27,874 bases of DNA from a virus (taxonomy: Duplodnaviria; Caudoviricetes). Positions 1 through 8,389 of the stretch are shown one piece after another. The position numbers and the translations under genes were made by a program. The notes beneath the pieces are model-generated. The model made no database searches. It worked only from the letters and a program-made list of their open reading frames with translations, and had not been told where the DNA came from. The first letter of the stretch is position 1; each line of letters opens with the position of its first letter. Where the stretch lies: the IMG/VR virus record IMGVR_UViG_3300021964_000397, positions 1-27,874 of that record; one strand, 5' to 3'.

Positions 1-27
1 ACCAACCAATCGTGCGTGAAAGCTCAT
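1..27 (-). CDS. 5' end of a gene running off the window (MSFHARLVG...)
   Basis: ATG at 25-27 overlaps the upstream TAA as TAATG, the coupling pattern used throughout this operon. Only 9 codons are visible. Confidence 0.55.
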
Positions 28-434
28 TAATCAAACTCCGAAGTCAAATTCCCTGCTGGGTACTTGAAAATGTCTCCATTAGAAATCTCTTTAGTACTAG
101 TAAGTGCTGCGTACATCAACATATTACCTGCTGTAGCAGCATCAAACAAAGCTACATGGGTGATAGTCATAGAGCCTGTCGTCACGACTGCACCGAAAGA
201 CTCCTCTGCTGAATTACTTCCAGAGCCATCCGAAGGCGCATCAAACGCAATAGCCTGTCGTGAATAACCACTCGTATAGTTAGGGTGGTCATCCACTTCG
301 GCAGTCTGCAACCCTGCATCAGTAGGATTATCCGTCATCAAACCCAAATATACTGTTGTAGGGGATGTATAGGAAGTATTCCTCAATACATGATTATAAA
401 GAGCATCCTTCAGATATGTGGTAAGGCTAGACAT
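27..434 (-). CDS. Small phage virion/tail-associated structural protein
   Basis: 135 aa with motifs YL..AL.NHVLR, VYLGL.T..P, GYSRQAIAF and ITHVALFDAAT.GNML, recognised from a widespread small phage tail protein family. Confidence 0.75.
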   Translation of the reverse strand: MSSLTTYLKDALYNHVLRNTSYTSPTTVYLGLMTDNPTDAGLQTAEVDDHPNYTSGYSRQAIAFDAPSDGSGSNSAEESFGAVVTTGSMTITHVALFDAATAGNMLMYAALTSTKEISNGDIFKYPAGNLTSEFD

Positions 435-447
435 TACTTAGTCCCTT

Positions 448-750
448 TTATTTAACTCTGGTAGCCGTTGTTCTACGACGAGTCAATGGCGTTCTTTTGG
501 GAGTCAGTGGCGTTCTTTTAGGCGTTCTTTTGGGAGTCAGTGGCGTTCTTTTAGCTGCGGAGACAGGGGGAGTTCTCTTTTTAGCGACAGAGGCATTTCT
601 CTTATTAGCAGCACCCGCCGTTTTACCATAAACTTTAGCAGGAGGTTTAACTTGTAAATGTCTGACTGCCTTCTGGTTAGACTTCATTTGTTTCTTAGCT
701 GCCTTCTGTGGACGGGTTATTTTCTTCTTTGGTTGCACTGATTTGAACAT
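448..750 (-). CDS. Very basic, histone-H1-like low-complexity protein (putative DNA-binding)
   Basis: 100 aa, K/R/P/T/A-rich with no acidic residues and repeated KRTP(LTP) motifs. It fills the gap between neighbours on the coding strand. No clear SD. Confidence 0.65.
   Translation of the reverse strand: MFKSVQPKKKITRPQKAAKKQMKSNQKAVRHLQVKPPAKVYGKTAGAANKRNASVAKKRTPPVSAAKRTPLTPKRTPKRTPLTPKRTPLTRRRTTATRVK
488..553. repeat. Perfect 33-nt tandem duplication inside the basic protein gene
   Basis: ggcgttcttttgggagtcagtggcgttctttta at 488-520 and 521-553. Confidence 0.95.
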
Positions 751-763
751 AATTATTGCTTTC

Positions 764-1279
764 TTAATTAGAATTAGGAGCCTCTACAGGCTCTTGGTGT
801 GATCTCCGAGCAGCAGCAAGGCCGTGAGACATCGTCTGACGAAGCTTTGAGGCTGTCTCAGCGTTACCAAAGATATTAGTCAAGTCATCAAGACTGATGT
901 TCCGAGAAGTGCCGATATTAGTATCAGCGGAAATCTTGGAAGTAATCGTGATTTCTAGAGATTCAGTACCATCTGGAGAGATGGATGCTTTCTCCGAGTA
1001 ATTATCGATAAACTCCCGTACTTCCTTTGTCTTAGTACGAGACCCGTCTGCATTGACGAGTTCTTTCTTATAGAGGTAGGTATTCGGAATATTGGAGCAA
1101 GCCGTGCCACCATCAATGGTGAGTGAAAAGAAGTTCCGAGAGCACGGTTTACCCCCTAGCTCCAAGTCAAAAAGTGCATCTTTATTTTCTTGGAACGAAC
1201 GATTAGAGTCCCCCGCCATAGCAGCAGTACTAATCATTATCGTCATTAGTGTAACGAATGGTGTAAGTAGTTTCTTCAT
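764..1279 (-). CDS. Secreted/periplasmic hypothetical protein
   Basis: Likely start is ATG 1279 with GGAGG upstream. MKKLLTPFVTLMTIMISTAAMA-G is a typical Sec signal peptide (basic N, hydrophobic core, A-M-A site). Two Cys in the mature part. Confidence 0.75.
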   Translation of the reverse strand: MKKLLTPFVTLMTIMISTAAMAGDSNRSFQENKDALFDLELGGKPCSRNFFSLTIDGGTACSNIPNTYLYKKELVNADGSRTKTKEVREFIDNYSEKASISPDGTESLEITITSKISADTNIGTSRNISLDDLTNIFGNAETASKLRQTMSHGLAAARRSHQEPVEAPNSN

Positions 1280-1454
1280 AACAATCAACCTCCTGTTTGA
1301 TTTTCGGTAGGAACACTACCGGCCCGATCTGTAGCGGGGCTTTTATTACTCTCGTTTCCTTGCAAGTCGTCTCCGGAATTACGGCGCAACCCCCTCCAAG
1401 AAGGCCAGCGAGGATAACGAGGCCAAATACTTTTGAGCTTCTTAAGCATGACAT
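1230..1454 (-). CDS. Probable small lipoprotein (possibly spanin-like)
   Basis: MSCLRSSKVFGLVILAGLLGGG-C has a basic N-terminus, a hydrophobic core and an imperfect lipobox, and lies downstream of a holin. No SD; it overlaps the next gene by about 50 nt. Confidence 0.5.
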   Translation of the reverse strand: MSCLRSSKVFGLVILAGLLGGGCAVIPETTCKETRVIKAPLQIGPVVFLPKIKQEVDCYEETTYTIRYTNDDND

Positions 1455-1522
1455 GAGAGTGAGAATTCTTTGTCGAGTTGCTTGAAAGCCTCGTCAAATG
1501 CTTTACGCAGAATCTTCGTCAT
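1442..1522 (-). CDS. 26-aa mini-ORF MTKILRKAFDEAFKQLDKEFSLSCHA
   Basis: Not in the ORF track. Strong SD (AAAGGAGG) lies 5 nt before ATG 1522, within the 3' end of the holin gene; stop TAA at 1442-1444. Confidence 0.45.
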   Translation of the reverse strand: MTKILRKAFDEAFKQLDKEFSLSCHA

Positions 1523-1688
1523 TAGTTCCTCCTTTTTCAGAAAGGAAAATACCTATGAACGCGAAAACCCCTGCAATAGCAGCAACATACTCATTGAACT
1601 GGTCAAGGGATACGCCTGCGATAACAGCCAAACCGGCGAGTGAAGCCCACGTACTTGGCTCTTGAAGTCGTTTTACTAGATTTTCCAT
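1503..1688 (-). CDS. Holin-like small membrane protein
   Basis: 61 aa with two hydrophobic segments, the RL.EPSTW..L motif seen in small phage holins, a charged C-tail, TAAGGAG SD and its own promoter. Confidence 0.7.
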   Translation of the reverse strand: MENLVKRLQEPSTWASLAGLAVIAGVSLDQFNEYVAAIAGVFAFIGIFLSEKGGTNDEDSA

Positions 1689-1712
1689 TAGTTTTCTCCT
1701 TAAGAATCTACT

Positions 1713-1742
1713 AGTTATAATGAAATAAAAGTAAATGTCAAG
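1713..1742 (-). promoter_or_regulatory. Sigma70-type promoter for the lysis/late accessory genes
   Basis: Minus strand CTTGACA-tttacttttatttcat-TATAACT. The -35 box contains the TGA stop of the upstream gene. Same spacing as the two other copies. Confidence 0.75.
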
Positions 1743-4716
1743 GTTTTTCTTGCTTTATTAAGGAATTTACATACTCAGGAGTAAATCCTCCATCAATAAG
1801 TTCTCCCCCTTCATACCACTTTACTTCAACTGGTAAGGAATTTATCCCAAGATCATTAGCGACAGATATTGTAGTATTTCCTTCAAGTACATAAGGAGTA
1901 CCTGTATAGTCAATTACAACCGTAATAGAAGTGTCGTCTTTTTTAAACCCCTCTTCTTTTACTTTCTTAATTAAATCTTCATACTGTCCCTCTCCGGGTA
2001 CTCTCTTCTCGTTACGGTATCCTTTTATTTTCCGTAGCTCGTCTACAGGCAAAGTCACCGGGGCTTTTGTGTATGCTGTAGCTGCCCCACTTATCCAAGG
2101 TCTTCCTTGTTCTTTAGCCATTTCAGCAGCATCTTCTCTTTTAGACTTTAACCAATTTCCCCCGGGATTATCGTGTCTAATTCCCTCAATATTAATAACT
2201 CTCTCAGGTATGTCAATGTCCGTGTTTTTGAGAAGAGCTTCTTGGGAAGCGTTTTTATATTGTGCAGAAGGAATAACTTGATCGTCATTAAAAACCATAT
2301 AGCTTACAGGACCTCCTCTATACTCAGAAACGAGAGCTCCATCAAAGCCATTGCCTTTAATAACATCTTCGATAAATTCAGGGTCCTCTATGATCTGATA
2401 TTGGCCGGAATAAATTTGATCTCTTAAGTCATCAGCCGTTCCTAAAGGAATGTCAGTGGAATTGTTTTCTATCCATTGTTCAGCTAATTCCCTATGTTCG
2501 GGCTTCTTATAGTCATAGAGGTTTTCTATATTAAGATTAAATTCTCCAGTCCATAGACCTTCTTCACCATGTAATTTCCCAAATTCCTGTGATACTTTTG
2601 GGTCGGGAGAAAAGAATATGGGAGCTCCCTCTTTAAACTCGTTAAACTCTTGGTTGCTGGAGTGATAAACATTTAGAGGTTCTCCCGACTCGTCCTTTAC
2701 TTTAGTAGTTTTTTTGAGATTTTTCAGTTTGCTAATAGGAATTGGAGATAAAATCCCGAGAGCCGCCATTCCTGCTAAACCCACTCCCTCCCAATTATTT
2801 CCTCTCATAAATTCACCTTTAGCATCCTGAGCCAAAGAGACATCCCCTGCGGGGGTAAAATCAAAAAGCCCCGCCAACTTATCTGCAACTTGATGAGACC
2901 TACGAGTATCCCCCGTGTTTCTTCCTATAAAGCGAGATATTTGAGTTAAAAGATTTGGGTCATCGGGACTCAACGTCCCGAAGGGTTTTCCCACGATAGG
3001 GTCTTCCTGCGCCTCCCTAAAGCCCTCTTCAAATAGCTCTAAATTTCTCTTTACTCTTTCTACATTACCGCCTTTTGCTTTGGAATAGTAATCTGAATTT
3101 TTATATTCCTTGATAGCGTCTTCCCAATTACCTTCTTCCAAGGCTTTAATCATCTTAGGAAATCCTCCTAAGCTGGTAGAGCCCATATGAAACGCCATAT
3201 CAGTGATCGCGAGGCGAGCGGGCGGAGGCAGTTCATCGAAGTTACTTACACGCTTCCTAGCATCATTCTCAGCCTCTTTCAAGTAAGCGATAAGCCACTT
3301 TTTAGCTTTCGTAAGACTTATCTTACTATCCCCTGCTAGATAGGAGCTAGGATTCTCTCCTGTAAGGTCACGGAAACGTCGCTCAAAAGCAGAATCCTCA
3401 GTATTAATGCCAAAGCCCAGCGTTTTCCGATCTTTACCGCCTACTTCGGAGCCTCTATCGGAGTGAAGCCCATAGTTCCCTGTAGTGTTCTCAAAATCCA
3501 TCTGCTGCTGTAGGAAGTCCTCGGGGAATCCTTGGAGATCAATCTCCTCAGTAGGTTCTGAGTACTCAGGAGGGACTTTCATACTATCAGCGTTAATCTT
3601 CTCCTTAATCTCTCGGACACGGACATTAGCCGGGTGATCCCGAATAGGGCCATAAAATTCTAAAGGAAACCCTTCAAACCGTCCTGCTTCAATGTCATCC
3701 CCCCAAATCTCAAGCAGCCTTTCACGATCTTTGGGGTTATCGGCGTCAAGTTTCTCCCCAGTTTCTCTTATATACCCCGGAACATTATAAATCATATCTC
3801 CTACAGGGAGTCCTGTGATATAAACAGTCGTTTCCGTCCCATCGTCATTTATAAGAGTCTTCCCGGATTCTACTGTTTCTCGATGATAGTCATAAAGGTC
3901 TATGAGGTCTGCGGGATCAGACTTTTTGTTACGAGCCTCTCTCTCCTTCTCAATGTTCTGTATTTGTTTGAGGGCGTTCTGGATAGTTTGCTCGCCTCTG
4001 ACCCACCCCGGCGTTTCAAAAATAGACCCTAATAGAGTTCGATCTTCCTTCACCTTTTCGATTAACTCACGAAGGGCTTTTTCTTCTTCACTACCATAGG
4101 AAGCCCCCTCCTGAACTTCGTCGTCAGCGGGAGGGACACTGTTTGAGTTCAGTTCAGGAGGAGACACTTCTGGACCTTGACGGTCATTCAACATTTCTTG
4201 AAGAGAGACTGACGAAGGTGCATCCGGGTTGAAAAACTCAGAAGTTGGGTAGTCATCAAGGGGGATGCCTGCTGCCTTTGCAGCTTCAAGTTCTTCAATG
4301 TCACTTTGGAGTGATGGGAATTTCTCTTCGATTTCTTTATAGCGTTCGGGGTCTTCGATCCCTTTATCCTTGAGATAATCGTATTGTACCACATACATAT
4401 CTCGCTCAGAGACAAGACGGGAGAGGGCTCTATCGTACTCAGAAGTATCTACAGGATCACTTGCAGGAACCATTTTAAGCTCCTCACGAGGGCCTTCTGT
4501 AGTAGATGAACCAGTCATATCGCCACTAAAAGGATTAGGGACGTTAGGATCAGCATCAAGAATAGGCTCTTCTGTTGTTAAGGAGGGGCCTGTTCTGTCT
4601 CCTTCGATAGGGTTTATTTTATATCGCTCTGGGTTGCGTTCAAGGAGCTCAAAAGCCTGAGCTTGGGTAATCCGATTACCGTCCTCATCAACATTCGGGA
4701 CGAAATATTTTTGCAT
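1738..4716 (-). CDS. 992-aa polyvalent virion protein: acidic N-terminus, unknown domain, T4-type (GH24) lysozyme, hydrophobic hairpin, ART-like domain, ParB/Srx-like domain
   Basis: Lysozyme at about 3030-3510 (FE...D...TLGFG, LP..ARLAITDMAFHMG, FPKMIKALEEGNWEDAIKE). ART-like at about 2280-2700 (VYHSS..F..F, IFFS, GFDG...YMVF..DQV). ParB-like at about 1750-2180 (LP..EL, LIKKVKEEG, ITVVID...YVLEGNT...A..LG...LPVEV). Confidence 0.8.
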   Translation of the reverse strand: MQKYFVPNVDEDGNRITQAQAFELLERNPERYKINPIEGDRTGPSLTTEEPILDADPNVPNPFSGDMTGSSTTEGPREELKMVPASDPVDTSEYDRALSRLVSERDMYVVQYDYLKDKGIEDPERYKEIEEKFPSLQSDIEELEAAKAAGIPLDDYPTSEFFNPDAPSSVSLQEMLNDRQGPEVSPPELNSNSVPPADDEVQEGASYGSEEEKALRELIEKVKEDRTLLGSIFETPGWVRGEQTIQNALKQIQNIEKEREARNKKSDPADLIDLYDYHRETVESGKTLINDDGTETTVYITGLPVGDMIYNVPGYIRETGEKLDADNPKDRERLLEIWGDDIEAGRFEGFPLEFYGPIRDHPANVRVREIKEKINADSMKVPPEYSEPTEEIDLQGFPEDFLQQQMDFENTTGNYGLHSDRGSEVGGKDRKTLGFGINTEDSAFERRFRDLTGENPSSYLAGDSKISLTKAKKWLIAYLKEAENDARKRVSNFDELPPPARLAITDMAFHMGSTSLGGFPKMIKALEEGNWEDAIKEYKNSDYYSKAKGGNVERVKRNLELFEEGFREAQEDPIVGKPFGTLSPDDPNLLTQISRFIGRNTGDTRRSHQVADKLAGLFDFTPAGDVSLAQDAKGEFMRGNNWEGVGLAGMAALGILSPIPISKLKNLKKTTKVKDESGEPLNVYHSSNQEFNEFKEGAPIFFSPDPKVSQEFGKLHGEEGLWTGEFNLNIENLYDYKKPEHRELAEQWIENNSTDIPLGTADDLRDQIYSGQYQIIEDPEFIEDVIKGNGFDGALVSEYRGGPVSYMVFNDDQVIPSAQYKNASQEALLKNTDIDIPERVINIEGIRHDNPGGNWLKSKREDAAEMAKEQGRPWISGAATAYTKAPVTLPVDELRKIKGYRNEKRVPGEGQYEDLIKKVKEEGFKKDDTSITVVIDYTGTPYVLEGNTTISVANDLGINSLPVEVKWYEGGELIDGGFTPEYVNSLIKQEKP

Positions 4717-7700
4717 TAGTTCCTTCCTCCAAAAATAAAGCCGTCTTCTGTTTCTACACCAGAATCTGGGTCTAATGGCTGTAAAGGAAGGGACCCTTCT
4801 TCAAGAGAAGATTCCTCCTCCTCTTCCATAACCTCTTCTTCCATAGGGATAATAGGGGAGGGTACAAGAGAATCCTGAACCTCTCCCATGCCTTGAAGAT
4901 CATCAAGTGTTAGTCCGGTAGATGCCTCCACTTGAGCTTGAAGCGTGTCATCTGAGTTCCATTCACTAGTCGTATGAGCCTCGCTAATAGACTCCAAGGC
5001 ATTATCCATCAATACAAGGATAGAGGCAAAGTTCTTAATAGGGGCAGGCCGAGTGACTTCACCTAACAACATACTTTGGAGTTCAGGAGAGAAAGCGAGC
5101 TTAGAGAAAGCTTGCTTCTTTACTAGGGAACCTACAGGTCCTGATATAATCCTATTGAGAGTAACTCCTCCGCCTGAGAGAATATTCAAAAGGTCCGTTG
5201 TAGCTCCACCGACAGCACCTTGAGCAGCGATGGCAGTACCAGCGTCCACATCAAGATTAGTAATCTTACGTGAAATACCAATAAGCTTCATTGCTTCTTC
5301 TTTCTCCTTTGTACTATAAAGATCACCAAGCGGGGAGTCAAAGATGTTTTTAAGTTCATCTTCTAAAGCATCTGGTTTCAGTTTATCAAAGCCCTCTTTA
5401 GTTCTAGAGGCCCTATCAACTGCTGCGTCAAAGATAGTCTTCTTGAGGTTCCTTCCGAGTTCATTAACCTGTCCTGCATCATCGAAAGAAGCTTTGAATA
5501 GACGTTCAAATACAACAGAAGAGGCCTCCAAATTTAAAAGCTTGTCAGCAAAGTCGATATTACTATCAAGAGTATCCGCCCATCTTTCCACTAATCTGCC
5601 GTCTAGGGAAGTCAGTGTATTAGCAATTTTCCGAAGGGAGGTCTCCTCTCCTTCTCTAAACAAAATCTTCTTTACGTGATCGGGAGTCCCATCAAGAACA
5701 TTCAGGATTTTCTCTCCGTTTTGAGACCCAAAAGCCTCCCAAAGCATCTCATATTTCTTCTGTTGAATAGCGGAATCAAGCAACCTTTGTTTATGAGGAG
5801 ACCCCCCAACAGTCTCTACAAGTTTGTTATAAACGTCATCTACATAGCCTGCTTCCTCAATACGCGTCCAACCCCCAAGACCTTTCGAACTCCCTGCTCC
5901 ATAAACATCAATGATATTAGAAATTGACTCTCGAATTGTCATATTACTAGTCCGAGTGGTGGGGATGTAAGTTCCATCTTTATTGTATTGTCGCCCTACC
6001 GAACCAAAGGCGTCCATGAAAGTAGTTACCACATTAACATTTTCTTTCAATCGGTGCATTTCCTCTGCTTCTCGAAGATATTTGATACCCTCTTGAACTC
6101 GCTCGGAAGGAGTGTACGCTAGAGACTCATCTAGGTTTTGTAGCATGTATGTCGCTCTTGCCGACAAAGTTTCTAGAGCACCAGCATGTCTATTCATCCC
6201 AAGACCTCTATAGTACTTTGCAGTATTATAGGCGTCGTTACGAATACTAGCAACAAAGGCGTAACTTACTTCGTCAGTAAGTCCGGCCCCATCTACAGGA
6301 TTGCTATTTTTAAACTTCTGAATAACTTCATAGAAAGGACGAAACTCTGGAGAAAAATTAGCATCAATCTCAAAGGTGTTGCCATCAGGCCCTCGCTTCC
6401 ACGCAGTTTCTGAAACAAAAGATAAAGCATCCTCTGCTGCTTGGTTAAACCCTCGGGAGCGCAGCATAAGCCTATCTTTAGTAATACCAGAGACCTCTTC
6501 AAAGAGGTTGTAGGCGTGATTAACTGCCGTCTTTGTCATAGAGTGATAGGTCCCAAGATAATCGAGAAGACCATTCTCCCATTTCTCCGGGTCCTTATAC
6601 ATCTGTTCTAATTGGGCAGCACTAAAGAGATGATCCCTCAAATCATTTCTAACATTAACAAGGGCCCCGGTAACATTTTCACTAAAGTTATTAAAGTCTC
6701 CTTCAATAGCTTCCTTCGTCGCTGAAACGATACGCTCTCCTTGTCGAGCTACTCTTTCTTTAAACCCTTTATTAAACTGGGCAAGGTACTTGAAGGTATT
6801 AACCATCAAGGGGTTCTGATCTACAATCTGAGCAGCTAAGAGTTGAATATCCTTTGGGTCTCCAGAAACAATACGTGAATAAATCTTAAGATAATCCTCC
6901 TGCTCAGGAGTTAGTTTGATAAGTCCCCCTCCTGAGCCTTCTCTTGCCGTAGCTCCTACTCGTTTCCCTATGCCGGGGAGGAACCTCATCCCTACATATC
7001 CTCCAGCCGCTCCATAAAGAGACTCCTCGGCAATCGTAGGGGCAATAGCCCGGATAAGGAAGTCGTAAGTTGCTTCTGTTACTTGTCCATCGTTTTCTTC
7101 AATTTCATCTAGAGTTTTATCTAAAGCAGCCCTCATGTCCTCATTAGCTAACGTAAACCCTGAGACAGCAATACCTTGAGTCATAGCTTCTCCGAGAGTT
7201 GCTGTAGTAACAGGAGCAGCTATCCTCCTATTGGATAAAAACTTGTTAGCGTTTAGTTGGAGAGCTTCTCCCGCCTCTGCTTTTCGAGTAATCTCTTTTA
7301 AGAACTTATCCCCAAAAGCATCATTAATAGCTTCCTGTCCTCCCTCGGTCAAAACATCTGACGCTGAACGGCTTCCTACGCCAGAGGGAAGAGGAGCAAC
7401 AGGAGCTTTAAAGAGGAGTCTCTCCCCTGCTTTCTTAACAAGACGTTTTCCTACTTTCTCTCCATAAACAGCCCCAATAATTCCGGGGATATACGCCGCA
7501 AATTCCGCTAAATCACGGCCTAACTCTGAGAATCCGCCGCCGTTACCAAGAACAAAAGGATCAACTACGTCCAACTTATCCTCGGGAGTTTTTCTAAAGA
7601 AAAGTACTCCATCGTGTTCAATAAGAGAGCCTTCTGGGTATTGCTGTCGAAAGATATTCTCAAGCATACGAGTATCTCCAATATCGACATACTCTCCTAC

Positions 7701-8387
7701 GGCAAACTTAAAACGCATAAAAGGGTCTTCAAGCCCCTTATTAGGAGCCGCCTTAAACTGTCCAAACATGTCTTGAATAACAGTATTGTGGTTCTTAACT
7801 CCCGTTACTTCAACAGCCCAATCAGGTACAGCAACCGGGTCTTTTAAGCCATAATCTGCAATATTCGAGATGTCTTCGGCAACATCCCACCCAATTTCCT
7901 TAATGAAATCGAAAGTAGCTTTCACCGGTTCTCCGGGAAGCAAAGCATCAGCGGCTGTTGAAATGCTAGATGTAACCCACGAGGCAACATCTCCTGCTGC
8001 CTCTCCTACAGCAGAAGCTCCTCTAGAAAGAAGTCCTTCTTCTGGCGCATTTTGAAATCTTGCAGGACCCATCCCTCGAGCGCCTTCCAAAGCTCTTTCT
8101 ACATCAGGAGAAACCCCTTGGTCATCTGTAGAACCGAGAGAGGAAATAGCAATATTTTGAGCATTCCCTTCTTCATCAGGAATGATTCGATAAGAAAGTC
8201 CTTGTTCCCCTCTAGCTACGCTCTCTCCTACAGACTCAATAGTCCGTTGGTCGAAGCCTGAGTCAGTTACACGAGATTCTTTCTCTGAAGGCGCAGGGGA
8301 GTCCTCAGAGACACTTTTTTCTTGCCACTGTTTGTCAAACTCCTCAATGGGAAGACCACTGTTCTTCCACTCATCATAATAGCCCAT
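4716..8387 (-). CDS. Large internal virion/ejection protein
   Basis: 1223 aa at the end of the podoviral ejection module, with Gly/Ala-rich hydrophobic stretches and an acidic tail. Function inferred from size and position only. Confidence 0.6.
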   Translation of the reverse strand: MGYYDEWKNSGLPIEEFDKQWQEKSVSEDSPAPSEKESRVTDSGFDQRTIESVGESVARGEQGLSYRIIPDEEGNAQNIAISSLGSTDDQGVSPDVERALEGARGMGPARFQNAPEEGLLSRGASAVGEAAGDVASWVTSSISTAADALLPGEPVKATFDFIKEIGWDVAEDISNIADYGLKDPVAVPDWAVEVTGVKNHNTVIQDMFGQFKAAPNKGLEDPFMRFKFAVGEYVDIGDTRMLENIFRQQYPEGSLIEHDGVLFFRKTPEDKLDVVDPFVLGNGGGFSELGRDLAEFAAYIPGIIGAVYGEKVGKRLVKKAGERLLFKAPVAPLPSGVGSRSASDVLTEGGQEAINDAFGDKFLKEITRKAEAGEALQLNANKFLSNRRIAAPVTTATLGEAMTQGIAVSGFTLANEDMRAALDKTLDEIEENDGQVTEATYDFLIRAIAPTIAEESLYGAAGGYVGMRFLPGIGKRVGATAREGSGGGLIKLTPEQEDYLKIYSRIVSGDPKDIQLLAAQIVDQNPLMVNTFKYLAQFNKGFKERVARQGERIVSATKEAIEGDFNNFSENVTGALVNVRNDLRDHLFSAAQLEQMYKDPEKWENGLLDYLGTYHSMTKTAVNHAYNLFEEVSGITKDRLMLRSRGFNQAAEDALSFVSETAWKRGPDGNTFEIDANFSPEFRPFYEVIQKFKNSNPVDGAGLTDEVSYAFVASIRNDAYNTAKYYRGLGMNRHAGALETLSARATYMLQNLDESLAYTPSERVQEGIKYLREAEEMHRLKENVNVVTTFMDAFGSVGRQYNKDGTYIPTTRTSNMTIRESISNIIDVYGAGSSKGLGGWTRIEEAGYVDDVYNKLVETVGGSPHKQRLLDSAIQQKKYEMLWEAFGSQNGEKILNVLDGTPDHVKKILFREGEETSLRKIANTLTSLDGRLVERWADTLDSNIDFADKLLNLEASSVVFERLFKASFDDAGQVNELGRNLKKTIFDAAVDRASRTKEGFDKLKPDALEDELKNIFDSPLGDLYSTKEKEEAMKLIGISRKITNLDVDAGTAIAAQGAVGGATTDLLNILSGGGVTLNRIISGPVGSLVKKQAFSKLAFSPELQSMLLGEVTRPAPIKNFASILVLMDNALESISEAHTTSEWNSDDTLQAQVEASTGLTLDDLQGMGEVQDSLVPSPIIPMEEEVMEEEEESSLEEGSLPLQPLDPDSGVETEDGFIFGGRN

Positions 8388-8389
8388 TC

